64,000 nucleotides of DNA from Beijerinckiaceae bacterium (GTDB lineage Bacteria > Pseudomonadota > Alphaproteobacteria > Rhizobiales > Beijerinckiaceae). Position 1 is the stretch's first letter, and each line of letters opens with the position of its first letter. The notes under the pieces were generated by a model. That model was not told the origin of the DNA. It was given only the letters and a program-made list of their open reading frames with translations, and ran no database searches. The DNA lies in contig JBBIIT010000003.1 in assembly GCA_037446355.1 (NCBI GenBank), forward strand, positions 22,751-86,750. Direction: 5' to 3'. Positions 57,001 to 58,541 of this stretch are shown here, piece by piece. The translations under genes were made by a program, and so were the position numbers.

Positions 57001-57796
57001 GACGGACACGGTGATCATGACCCCCGGCGGCACGGACATTGCGCGCTCTTCTCTTAATATCGGCGCAGGCAGCTCGATCGTGGCTTATCCCTGGATTCAA
57101 TCGAACTCCCCAGAGCTTCGCGACATGATCGCCGCCGGCATGATCGCGTCGCCGCCCGCAGTAAATTCGCAAGTGGCGACGCTCGTCGCCCAATTGCCGC
57201 CGATACTGGAATATCTGCCGCCGGCCCCGCCGAGCGCGACGGGCGCGCAGAGTTCGTATTATCAATCCGGCCTGTTCCCGCCGCTCGATCCGGTCGCGCC
57301 GATCGTCGTGGCGGGCCCCACGATCGTGAATGTCGGCGGCGCGACTGCGCTGCTCACTGTGGCGGGTTCGGGCGTCGCCGTTCGGCTGGCGTCGCTGGAC
57401 GACGAAGACACGGCGGCGCAAACGACGAGCGCAGACGCCCCTGCAAGTCAGTCGTCGTTCGACTCGTCCGACATTATCGCGACTCAAGCCGGAGTTGGGG
57501 TGTCGAGCGCTGACGAAATCATTCGCGCATTCCGCGACAGCGAGATCATCGTCAAGGTCGAGGCGCCTGACGGCGCTGCGGCGGACGACCCACTGACCTG
57601 GGTGTTTGACGACGCCCGGGGAGAGTTTGTCGGCCGCAAAGCCGAGCGTTGGACCTTGACGCTTGACGAATCGCTCGACGCCACGGCGGTTGCGGCGACG
57701 CTCGCAGCCGAGCCCGCGCCGCTCGTCGACGATGTTTCATGGCTGGATACGCTGAAGCACGTCGGTCGCGCCGCGGCGCGCTGGTTCGACGCTTGA
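24098..57796 (+). CDS. Giant (11,232 aa) LEPRxLL-leader surface/secreted protein with beta-helix-like repeats, Ig-like domains and RTX Ca-binding repeats
   Basis: Uninterrupted 33,699 nt ORF with GAGGA RBS; FTPLEPRLLL at aa 51-60; G/A/S/T/V/N-rich repeats; many GGxGxDT nonapeptides from about 48600 onward. Confidence 0.95.
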   Translation: MAFPFQSEGLFGRPKRPTPRKPRSRWTPLHWFWRDGPRAARARASRGRLAFTPLEPRLLLNADVLAINLTHDLGAPPVDHSLIVQLVHETEKVNNQAVNVQRVQIVDQNNGAVLAFGDLAAISAVSIHDSGAGADTLTIDANSFKGLAAPKISFDGGSGQSHIVFDNSSQTDWTLTGANAGVVSGDGVSLAFQGAANLTGGVNNADILTIDKGGTLSGIFDGGAGGHNSLVFDNGPHTTVASSVGPTGRTITLDGQSLTYLNVDSTNVGDPALLDLSASTNLNLEVAQSGANLHVFGVNGSTYDMTLAPTAGQAFELKLGSGDTLKVDAIDFGSIASGTAFNIDGAGASIEFAGNLTDNSGVSASVSASDTSSITTDIASESLAPSAQNASITLDQGYTISASTISLSANSSASETISNINLTSHLVTSATISTTNSAQITINGTLSSTGAVSLVSNVNVNDSIANSSGTLIHSTTITAKNTSSVTFGSASVVSAGTLDAEANTNVSASISVQSIGAGVIPGFVPASLLGVAVQVSIGITNQTTVTLAPGGAITVGSGSISTAKPVAAYIAATDVTNLSTTLSLDDPASLPVVGNVLVFSALDSADTLSRTTAVDVGNLSATAAPLSSATAALSSSGGDFSLDTTNSGAVVNNETSTGLGTVEINAPADSATVEVSGVNVNAGGLSETSLSNTSYSELGHLAAISVGGQTEAILQYDGVTVGADGLVVSTEDDSSMTASSVAPSFDPNTTTESGSSTSGTQIAVNRTTSVISYNKDTVAIILGSTVNSGGSVRVQAVDNVSISSDAVMAANATSSGSASVSGGGALAANLINGAISASIESSSVTTTGTGDVRVLAGDSSTIASRAETSASATGTSTAAGVAGTVSLNAVGWTFGTGAADLLGAALGTVLGTNSFWTDNAPTDITAAGNKANVVAKITDSTVAAAGALLVQAVAASAINSTITNVSQATATASGNGVAVAVGGVAASNRVSRAATAFLKNVTPTSIGGSIASGAISVSAQNNSSVTSNSSLVTSAVATTAGAKTTYVSTDKPGNASSSTTALQPTTTLNFGDTVLYKATYSTANLFGTSVPKKETVNPGDSVFIAPGYPSAKGVADQVYVYIGSKPETIDLEQEDYTVTTNWKPVSVVNGAVYKFMGPANTNVALSTGDLFDSTGKAISTITPDYYDLGYWQKVPKAELTPSTDDKGHTTSGSASGAAVGGIVVLNEVHGGAYAIVTNSTVTGGSLAVSAIDNETINATIDATATASGGSSFNKTGGGSSGTTLAINGSVAINEILGNADAHVLDSAVTTNSGDDSITATNESDITASTASAVSASSSGGTTVAVGVIMADNTIGAAFQNLLASTVDTIAGGGVLGSQAPTVTTAYLQDSSVSATHGGLNVAASSTENVNATVTNATTADVEPADGSKSFGAAAVFTDNQILTGVTAYIDLAAAAVGAQVAVDGALAVGATDNATITTASTMTALGTQAASGPANDYATLAKSSYKFTNLSGSQTLNFGDQVAVQQADGTIIVYRYMGVTATGVDLGSLTTDTTAKHYTDLEYWKPLSADQLKQEAEAKSANPTTGTAPGESVSHDSNNTEFGSASLYVLFDYNNVASSTTAYINKATVTGGSVAVNASDTATISATDGSVVTTGAGGFGAGGVVATNHVTGSSTAYIEASTVAATAGAVALDAENTSTITATETTALTADGSAVTVEAAFNVIGWSGDNFGSLALSTLIGTDSLLGTASPDNTQAYIDGASGVTASGDVTVVANGKATINSTVGDQAAAGNGDATSTLNVGGVLATNKINTATQAYIGTAPSALATATTLDTSSATATGGTVKVAATDSPTLTATSTITLSATASTGGVAAALSGDYKYTDKSGTQTVKKDDQVYTYDSATSTATVYTYVGNSSTPSAGDSVDLGATSYTSSLWKKSGSGAPAADASKAEAKAVGAVFVLNDVRGLADATIAVAPGAASGSGLVTGGTGISVTANEAASITADTESNLTSTGGGNGTATTTANQTTQPAEPTGNPSTTTQPGGGLALGGAIDTNLVLGNAQASIQGATLSAGASGVIVNAQDTAQLDATTLVASSTGGAGSQGAYDLSIAFNSIGYAPENFLFNAVDALVGGAYLASATPDNATAYLKGVTVTSDSGALSVTAQSNEQVNATVSNAAGATTSALSEASSTGFGGVFASNKVDGSAIAYIDETGVSKPIAATGALVVSATDGSGVFSNVKLVSSAIVTPDGGTGALDAKLNGSNGASFNTAPTGGGVNNNQNLVFGATVLVGAGYDTPDYTIGAPGVGTVTLKTGDVVADGAVFYRYTGTGKSENLATDPGLATDPDFSVIGGQEGATYQYMGPPASTGYTGKTYDLNNTDYTDLAFWKLVPLTNVVPSGLKTPAPGSTTTAATGGAEKDGTASNDSSGNAKPSQATAVGGILVLNDVRSATQAYILNATISADSATVSALDQATITATNDSTVVAQTSTLGSGSNLALNGIIATNLIQNSADAHVETSSLTASNPATPVAGSPNAPVELTINAENDASINAINDAQTSGGGKAAGIVLAFNTIGYQSSNFLFNAVDGLLGSNILAFGKSPLSNVTAYADASTLDATHGGVSVTASLTAKINALTTNLTSSLGAALENASSVAVGGIIATNETNTSANAYISGGSATAGGDITINGSDRSRIIANDQQVVSSTLQDTGTSNSNVLSNYASQIKQGYQYTAQSGVQSIAPGTIVYDNHNQKYYVFLGSVTNTTQAPESVDLGTTDYTNSNPAAHGNVPLWAEFTNSVLLTALPDFTTVKQAGDQGTGSSSTAVGAIFVLNAITSVVNAYEDSAVLTSGSGAAAGAFGGQIAIGASNSSAVNATNSSTTTASNGKSGPTTTSPGSGLAINGIIATNNILGGTVAYAHKGSVTASGTGGSVNVSATSNAAIDAENTASTDAKTDSVGVVLAFNTIGIAMPVAGFLENTVDALFGTSLAGEQPDLVHAYIDSVPVVASAGVAVQSNETSSITAKINNAETGLFTSGVSVGATVTLNRIANDVGAWITGGSIHASKGDIDVGSQDQATIASTVLTPIVKLAASFSKSSTNTNATTVGVSIARNIIENTVSAAAGTAAGGTTLTADDGNIAITANQMASITATSASAAVSLGVTTSGNSGAFAGGGAVAINTILGGVTASSLNSALTATTVDPSTGAITVSATYGGSITSIVAALAVALSVSDGAADAVAIGAAVSLNLIGWRGTVADETQDSHNPITLSADVNGGSLTSGAAATVASTSSATIQATTLAAAVAISASTSGGSNSGQESTAGNSPTDANTEGKGSVTNASGGKSATDLGSANGTTVNEGSDVAGGAETNQGEKGGAAAGQAGNTASSESGASKGSSTSLATGLGAGGGILVGLGGVVSSAKSGGSAPGPTFTTTDATLPTDVQSVSNGNTVQLSSSYDTAKFSVGTDTSPKNGSGNSTGGQGSNTNSTVNPGDVVDDSGTLYRYVGPTALTGVDFEVGATPPDFTSTTNGVANWVKIGGTTGHTYQYIGATNGSLDLNNQDYTDATLWSDITGGNSAGGSGTTSAPSGATPSLGSGLGFLSGGSGATSTPQTPAGATNPSSESNPSEPATSTTSTEDQSTQSKESKNSSSLSFTGAGVYTENKIATTISSTIENTTKITTGSGAKAGLSVTAADSAHITSLDGAAAISANFSSSSNSNTISIGIGIARNTIQDSVTASVTSAGSIVAPNAPITISATQSADIEATSVAASLAISASTKDATSVAGGGSLADNLIGVKTDASLDSTAVGAAGNSTGALDVTASDTSTIHAIVAAASAAVSFSSQNANAVGIGASLAHNRIGDGADTGGGEVLASITNSPVHSGAIDVNATSHQSIEAQVIGAAVAVSGASDEATGFTGAGAFAFNEIAVTVGAKIDGGAANTTNVVDSAGVTVEAYDTSSINATVFAGSVAGAFSSENATAVAIGVSFARNSITDPVTADIANIPALTTGGGDVTVTAKENATIDAITAAVAIGASISGQNGTAVAGGGSLAANMIDATTQANITASTLGDATHNVGKVTVTAEDSSQINATLAAIAVAAGIGGQDGTAVAIGLGLAYNEIGDATGFGAGAVSAYISGTTTSASGLVDVEAKNDGLIHATTVAVSAALSGGGTTGVGVAAGGVAVFNTVSVPVSAYVDGGGTHSLASGGVTVAASDTADIKSLSVGAAVALSLAGTTGVAAAIGLSIAGNIITDPVTAYISGETSLTASNNAVSVTAKENAAINAKSYAAAIAGSFGGTTGVSIAGGGATAENLIDATTTAYISSSTLTSVGAVSVAATDNSTIDAEVAAAAVSLSVGGTTGVAVGIGVAYAHNRISDGSESGAGAVKAYVSGSSITGSGLLDIEANASETITAMTDAAAVTLAGGGTTGVAVSGAGVGDVNQSNVAISAYVDGGSISTGSVKVYASDASQILAFAGAAALSGAVGGTGGVAVSVGVSVALNSIMDPVTAYLSGLSSLTTAVSGDINVNAFEDAKIQAMSVAASAAISGGGTAGVSVAAAGATALNFIGAQTKAYITGLTTSNIGGGVIVTAKDNSEIDAIVGAVAVAAAVGGTAGVGVALGVAVAFNDITDGNPGGVGFVDAHIDTSSVTSTGVVDVEATGQETINALTAAGSAAIGGGGAAGVGVAGAGAAGVNAITVNIKGYVGGGSISSGGVTVLAEDTSIIRSEVDAASLAAGVGGAAGVAVAVGISVALNNINDSVVADVAGVGSLSTGGGAVSVNAQNSAQITTQAASASVSLSVGGAAGVSVAGGGAVANNVIGIDTEAYISGSTLTSVSAVTVGATEGGKIEALIVAVSAAVAGGGAAGVGVAIGISFAHNNISSGGLVGGGAGKVEAYVTGSSITGTGAVSVNATSSEAIDALVAAGAAALTAGGAAGVGVSFAGAFGFNEISISTRAWVDGGGTQTISTTGLNVSATDTVHITADVGAASLALSFGGAAGVSVTIGLSIARNTIANDEQAYITGVNSLAVGTGALSAEATENAKIHAGVFAASVAVGGAFVGVAVAGAATTAENLIKADVEGYIANSTIVSAGDVTVFAKDTSEILAYTDAASAAFGAGFVGVGAAVGISLAHNAIGDGTTAETSPGVVTAYISNTGVSASGALSVEADANEHIEAQIGSVAAAASGGFVGVSAAGAAGSALNDIKVDTSSYISGDSAGGTAPKGVSAASVSVTGNDTSSILADVEAAAITAAVGAVGVAISVAVSQGTNQINNDLESYILNAGVTATGSSIAVSSTDNSTITANAAAAAVAFSGGVVGVSASGGGAEATNVILTKSNAYFSGSSLTAAQDVTATANSAPTINANVIAASAAAVAAFAGGSISLGASAAFNYIGYTLGGTIQPNQVEATSTGSSVKAGGAFNETATDNATIGANVAAISAAVTAAIGGSLSGAGAGVSNDIAVDTYATVDGSGANGIHAASIDLSASDTSTITALVASASVAATLVGDSFSIAQSVASNTISNQTEAWINNAPDVLSTGATQIDATESANITSTAYAAALAIAGGGLSVSGGAAVALNTIGTTTEAFVQSSTVNSGSLDVEALDTSIASATTGQISVAGGIISIAGGGSAATDTVTNGVSAYVDSSAVTASGAVTVQATARPEAYAEADGITGGTLGIGASVALATVSPTVKATLGGNINAGSVSVIANASLPTDGKQSAYAKATGSVGGTLAGIVASDGEAYNNANVTASIGQFLSPANAAGTVLAVSGALLVVANSNTQQYALGSNQAFGLIAVGIAKSKAQANNTTLATIGAGAQITAATAAVNAGGNDDNQARAEAGSGGVVGVAAVTPTTVDNATTTATVGQGAIVATTGGNSGSAFEISANHVATVNATVSASSYGVLSGAGAVAENDINSTVTDSIDGIISGLAITGTANNTFNKPMLGGVGDNVTGDTGGLASAAGGSDTTNIAFTTLIDVGSQAVLTVNGSQANAGALSLKAYNSFQGYDQMTFKTGGAISGAAATSTIQTTTDIAKVYIENGAALTSVGQINLAAQGGGNVTTQVYTDTYGAVTAAIANSNVYLTPDNSIVIGSANAPVGTTLTAARDINITAGEDPNFAEDFYTVNAYTDAYAGALIPLSSVDAHAYVTQTNAITINSRSTLYSGGSVSLLTNYHVPSHAFAQAKSSSWATDVANAINSLTGGDPSKEFNGTGSSTESGTVEVDGAVHTGISRNITINFTYSSSATSANPVIVSSNPNISFTSPVETESSGLVTSYNAIRNQLADYQAQQSQLAKAGTSDATINQQIAFDQQELSSIQTQLIAQGLGQFDSNGSFVVTERIVQVIDLAAFTAQAGQIYLFGNQVQGSGVLDAPIGVNVNITDNTRASLQIEGITVPQNIGGIYLDGALLTAASVAADNTLINNQNATSSGAAFSSITLAKPPAPPSPNQAPSAYVNITALAQPLSASDIAAGVVQPSIIINGKIDALFAALSVISPNDINVTSTGGYDAYSVNFLSKNNITINEVQFFASGDPAAQLLGTPAVGENAIAGGATYVSQYQNTPQSTQFNSQTLEIQSEYIDLNGNITAGQASQTLTINPSDVAAQIQTIIAEKAGSPQLLTLPAADNPNGDFTVFFDPSNNSLLVEPVSAAGGLIIVKGHVASTSTATLYSFGYYGNVTINNNTGYTLAVNSIDVSQHGAGIVDITDLNQVQSGTNNVLEMKYLSTQGGGMTVSSNYVDPVTGVPAGAGSVSSSASNSTQFQPEVGLRYNFAVVYGTETVTSSTYYESDWIGVFNLGSGTLTAPPVTTVIQQPQVLASSLYFYVDTASVNKSYIFTSTSHTLTDSGQVAGANWSTSTWYGKKTYYQSYTDTVKTETIADHSIKADLPINIVFTGSATSGIAINSPNSSVILYGNLANLTGATSISAGGSITAPRPNTTIEGVQVSLSAGGAIGVNGQPINVIFAGTSGQSLTASTTNGAIYIATPSGSMPINSVSAGGDQAVSLNSHGDILVASGGAGSVAGGNVTIISGGAVGALGAPIKLMVGQQAADQLNLSALNDVYVEQTSGNLALFALTSTNGNAYVTVDNGNLINVNTNVQVDPRTTAELLAGSWTALQLTAGTGAADKINSTLTEYQVAQDAQYKTYWQDRNALVGGQVQLSTQQISDYTAAYTAQGQAKGLSGASLTSFVANAIATIQLSMTQQYYNLATIFGPGGSYSPGVNNVYDANTKTTYSSPVAYDPNTYDENFQYLLTQNEVKSLTGSIKVWTQSELLAGISAGLLQTSPTTLTDKSDPNIAAKNIVIRANNGNIGSLVNPVTNFNASADVVGFVTGTSIDGTPVQLAFAAAQLSDLNFLAATPLAENVNFVGNTMTLTNGATWASLGLNIQDGSSIYIGGSTLNATRNGSYLTVAAGGVNGSTITFTNSVFTQNSQNILVAPVVTNMQTTDQSTAGALTNATVNFGNDGNSGTITLTSGTWGPSYTKGGGIYIQSATDQNANGAGAFVPTGSNPYYTISAISADDKTLTLNWGQTLVAEGAVSVGVAPVAINVVSGALNVKYVLVSQSRDVAIAPDPLSGTINASAQGFIYLASQANLNLGNVVSTGGGDVRVRTQGFLQNDASSGVNVQGANLVLEAGASYIGTSATPVTIQVDTNGSLTARAQNDIYIDAPNGDIPVGAIFADGGVSLDASGSIYDAIASNFDKLQASWLELQAGGSIGKGAFGTGDFSLAQSIALGALHVDIVSSAPFDGSSTAGALRAWAQGSIDVMQTTGDLNVLDAYAATGDVMLEAQGNIYGGSLVDPTNLNSAPSGNDLNASVFGNNVFLYAGITANGVNGFGAIGSGQAAFNIVSSFSGGADSGAVSALSGGNYVYLDEVLTTLATTSNGDLRLESVSAGSAATAFVTDPVGNILNARGDNGAIVVSGKADLIASGNVGDGALRTNGFTGRIVSTAGNIEAISDTGNIYLWNIGALIVGGVVSPAVDPYALYAPKGSIDIQTSSPLEISQDVLAYGSIIKAAGNATDTGSSVTDSNLTVDAGVTVSSQTSSVELDARNNITLAGSMLVNGVLIAGAQIVAATGVTLDAGYLNTTAAPTGDQYDSVFIRAGAKVRAGAAIRIEAGNNITIDGASAVDGPPQLIAATTIDLMGGYLSALSGYDGNASTLKLSGSFQAQTFNITTGSGNDDIEFSPTAMAIAGATNISSGGGDDLIHVFNLPNMTTNAQIAANAGQINDVINLDGQNGADTYVVDATASTDYVINVNDTGALDSGLNTLIINGATTTSGQTFLLRDTFVAILKSDGQQVYQRINYNNSITNRLEINGGAVTGALVDANNLPNSTGDSYYLDGNSALTTINAGNGNDFFQVGQVYDPAGFGSSAGQVGAGIGDGLSFTGITLGGKNENLSYGVERSTVLYGGSGTDTFEVYSNKADLSMIGGSGNDTFIVRAFLVAAGTHLNVKGGTGNDTIEYNINAPLDIEGGTGFNTLVLLGTEANDTFVVTKDGVYGAGLNVAYTNIQAVTIDTLEGNDTIYVESTPQNVVTTINGGAGGDTFIVGGDVTNAVVSASTKGASSVTDNSVVSNDPAYNKIFVPGLSVTVAGAGGAIITPPSQAVVHVNDPASITSFTVSAPSALLAGNVAYVNISPSLPSAEWAAMGAAVLQVSVDGGTTWNSTGQVKFVGGVTGPQTVLLRAAPIPANDTYYRDETIVVAANVVSTDQPTLDSLVTPSVKVTVKASATGLIIDQSLASTTITAGPSAANQTSYTYNLSLNQQLTGSQTVTVNLVDPTAATDGVVLTQNGAPVTSVTFNATNWNTPQQITVMSTLSGLHGETPVTIQNVINNVDAGDVNLKIAATNTPGVLLLTPQGAAVTSNAPNGAYSYQMVLTQAPTADVTVNLLGDGQTVASSAATGFNANNQTLTFTSANWNVPVTITLTPNANYTPPASSGSGNAANTLLPFPNGPHTLAQINGPLIIDGGTQPGQPTLISAVTLPYETQNIPVVEPANVVGQGVGAHVADVLQVYADGNTANLTGALTTITAGSLFGGVGDNISGLGMPTSNQTITFHNPTTGVTTQYEGGINFVNLDAIQILMGTGNDTFTIDTTAPTINVDNNNIQTMMVIEGGGGSNTINVVASSDPLVLYGNESATGYEFNSAPGAITGNGYQFTNFGSDTINASGATGTVVIVGGPNNDVLTGGTGVNWIFGGLGSDTISAAGAQNYIFGDSSATVGEFDPAPIQPALNPNAMTNNLWSRLLTIDNTGTTAGDNTITVTGSGSSDVIGAYGVIDIVGQSAGVVDPFASLGAESITKIASVNTAIGGDNIITVANNDVVIGGAGNNQIVVGAVGADVIFGANGEADYSNGVLVSVRSLDPLHGGNDTISGPVVNGALTAGGSGGSVVIGGVGSDTIYMGGSGNTIVGHDGWATFTSIGAISTITTLDPSYGAPNSITVSGGGNTVFGGTGSSLITLGGGGNVVVGDNGNANFQAGILTFIMTTDQTVRGNNTILVNGSGGNVIFGGSGADAITVNGSGANVIFGDNGAATFVNGVLTHIESIAQTAAATGGLPSTQSNSSGTVYGGDDTIKVGDGANVIVGGLGANNISTGNGANIVLGDSGAAIFTLAGVLTAIYSTFGGAAAGGTVSTGTSNNDTITLGNGNNVVIGGAGSDSIVLGTGSDVVIGNDGEALFTNGALTYITSTDGLLGYGGADTITGPNGTPGGSGGSTIIGGIGDNTISIGGNHNTIIGHDGKVLFNAAGQLLWAMTSDPSVGGDDSINVVGDGNVIFGGTGNDTITVSSIPGSIPNGNIIVGDNGAAYFVNAILTQIFSTDPTYGGNNTITAGDGNNIVIGGSGSDRITLGNGSNIVLGDNGEIDFTNAGVITAIKTTYAAIGGQDTIFIGAANTVTKGQNVVMGGAGADTITINGSGANIVLGDNGEADFANGFLTSVYSTFVTIGGDDTIAINGDGANIVIGGIGADNIAISGVGANFVIGDSGHVDFSAGFVTQVYTIAATAIGGGTVGTGTSSDDTIKVGDGANLIFGGSGADTITAGNGNNVIVGDNGEAIYALGVLASVTSTDTSVGGDDVIRAGNGNNIVFGGAGANNITLGDGQNAVAGGNGFAQFSSAGVLQAIYSIAPDATFGGTPDSGSSNNNTISVGNGNDVVIGGSGSNRITAGNGNNYILGANGEVQYVVVGGVNLVSRAQSTWQLWAGSNTIVAGDGSNSIIGGSFSNTITSGNGVGNIILGHNGEIVQAFGASGAPVKNSDGAFHRDIVLEEIATITGVVALDSAGAASVAESAALTSADLVLLAGAFNADGSRAMLPVSANRPVSAWEVQALLLTLMAAANDTITTGSGNDAVVIGQGGNNTITAKGGNDFLFGNWASNTLPFATDLPSIVNAIVIVAAPGDAAIAAQLPVGGAIVVPNVNLQPSALTNMAPQLETPPSGFGTLNSLAEGGPLSLGGGQSLQIYASVVPSALHGSPALPGSNTINGGSGNDVIFGNFGQLGALTSTGVAAIDAQLQGLSVSMLGMLKEYSALSVAQYTLDAANSQAAPAAIIATENNTINVGAGNNLVFGNAGYYLMPGISVGGSASGSLAADALAFDTYLLNMQEVMADMSFVAHEAGQSVIASFATSPAAAAAGFTGVFNPAAPLRPSLAKLELGNDTITVNGGGRNVIIGDSGFVIMPSVNVTISNWAAGQTQATLTSVATSLAALESSYGASLKSQFAADHPFAADNSAASQFLFAGGFGIQIDIGNDTISGGGGNSVLIGDNALMLDPIIGPGATGQANSPAMQAIMDTAVDRLFLGPVSVGPATAESWGVTALLSVSGAADWSSSGGYVFNGAKNSVTLGSDTISTGAGSDLVYGDLGVILPNLGANSGLASSFFVYASGEPGGTSTANFNYVYGFGVFGSLHHWQSAPGTPSTFNVDADFITGGSGNSVIFGQLGDDTIIGGSGNQQISGGWGFNTITVGTGVNYIAFNRATDTVIMTPGGTDIARSSLNIGAGSSIVAYPWIQSNSPELRDMIAAGMIASPPAVNSQVATLVAQLPPILEYLPPAPPSATGAQSSYYQSGLFPPLDPVAPIVVAGPTIVNVGGATALLTVAGSGVAVRLASLDDEDTAAQTTSADAPASQSSFDSSDIIATQAGVGVSSADEIIRAFRDSEIIVKVEAPDGAAADDPLTWVFDDARGEFVGRKAERWTLTLDESLDATAVAATLAAEPAPLVDDVSWLDTLKHVGRAAARWFDA
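26750..34800 (+). repeat. About 370-460 aa super-repeat in the giant protein, with alternating helical and aromatic inserts
   Basis: The motif (A/S)(F/L/D)N.IG recurs at about 26755, 28142, 29255, 30428, 31805, 32969 and 33815, alternating with YxYxG...DL...DY...W modules. Confidence 0.75.
35640..40420 (+). repeat. About 255 aa (about 765 nt) higher-order repeat made of four roughly 63 aa units
   Basis: A(H/Y/F)NxI landmarks at about 35641, 36425, 37190, 37952, 38707, 39472 and 40243. Confidence 0.8.
48600..49740 (+). repeat. First RTX-like nonapeptide block
   Basis: TGSGNDDI, SGGGDDLI, AGNGNDFF, GGSGTDTF, GGSGNDTF, GGTGNDTI and GGAGGDTF. Confidence 0.8.
49860..50880 (+). other. Three Ig/Calx-beta/cadherin-like domains in the giant protein
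   Basis: YNLSLNQQLTGSQTVTVNL...VTFNATNWNTPQQITV and YQMVLTQAPTADVTVNL...LTFTSANWNVPVTITL, plus a divergent copy upstream. Confidence 0.65.
51300..56980 (+). repeat. Long RTX-like block with GDNG-containing units
   Basis: Recurring NxxxGGxGxDxIxxGxGxNxxxGDNGxAxF...GGDDTI units. Confidence 0.85.
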
Positions 57797-57814
57797 TCCC
57801 GCGAGCGACGAACG

Positions 57815-57845
57815 CGTCGTCGCCGGAACGGCGACGACGTTATTT
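57815..57845 (+). terminator. Intrinsic terminator-like hairpin after the giant gene
   Basis: Perfect 11 bp stem CGTCGTCGCCG-GAA-CGGCGACGACG followed by TTATTT. Confidence 0.65.
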
Positions 57846-57857
57846 CGGGCCTGGTTG

Positions 57858-58508
57858 ATGGGCGACGCGAAGACGCGCTCCCTGCGCAAATACGAGGCGC
57901 CCGCGACGTTTGTGAGCGCCGATGCGGATCTGGGGCTGATGTCGCCGTTCGGCCCCTACATCGGCAAGGCCTCGCTGGAGGCGGAACTGGTCGCGCGGCT
58001 CAATCGATATTGTGACCGCCAGATTCGCCCCGGCGCCGGAGCTGAATTCCTGCTGCCCAGAGAGGTCGTGTTCGAACCGGGCGAAGCTTCGCTCGGTCAT
58101 CGGCTGGAAGCCCTGATCCGCAGCTATGTTCTAGGCGTCGACGGGGTTCCGGCCGGTAAGATCAGCATCGACGTCGTCTGGGTCGTCAGCCAGTACCAAG
58201 GCTCGTCGAGCCCCGTGCATTTTCACACCGGCGACATATCCGGGGTGCTTTATCTCAAGACGCCGAGCATCGCCAGCGAGCAGGACGAGGAGCGCAAGAC
58301 CTATATTTCGGGCCGGCAGGCGGGCTATATCAATTTCTTGATTGGCGGCAAGCAGAGGTTCTCCAAAAGCCTCATCAGCTTCAGGCCGAAGGTTGGCGAC
58401 TTCTATGTATTTCCGGGATGGTTGTTGCATGGCGCCGAACCCTTTCGCGGCGAGGGCGAGCGCCGGTCGCTCGCTTTCAATGCGTTCGTCGAAGCCGGCG
58501 AGGCCTGA
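57858..58508 (+). CDS. Putative 2OG-Fe(II) oxygenase (TIGR02466/PF13759-like)
   Basis: HFHTGDISGVLYLK, PKVGDFYVFPGWLLH and RRSLAFN. Confidence 0.8.
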   Translation: MGDAKTRSLRKYEAPATFVSADADLGLMSPFGPYIGKASLEAELVARLNRYCDRQIRPGAGAEFLLPREVVFEPGEASLGHRLEALIRSYVLGVDGVPAGKISIDVVWVVSQYQGSSSPVHFHTGDISGVLYLKTPSIASEQDEERKTYISGRQAGYINFLIGGKQRFSKSLISFRPKVGDFYVFPGWLLHGAEPFRGEGERRSLAFNAFVEAGEA

Positions 58509-58541
58509 CTTGTCGGCTTCACACCGCATTGGGGCCGGGCG

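Noticed and set aside
24098-57796. Many long antisense and alternate-frame ORFs over the giant gene (e.g. 30692-32536, 38582-40513, 51032-52762, 53111-54859)
   Set aside because: They are shadow ORFs from high GC3 and stop-poor reverse frames, with Arg/Gly/Asp-biased translations, no motifs and no RBS.
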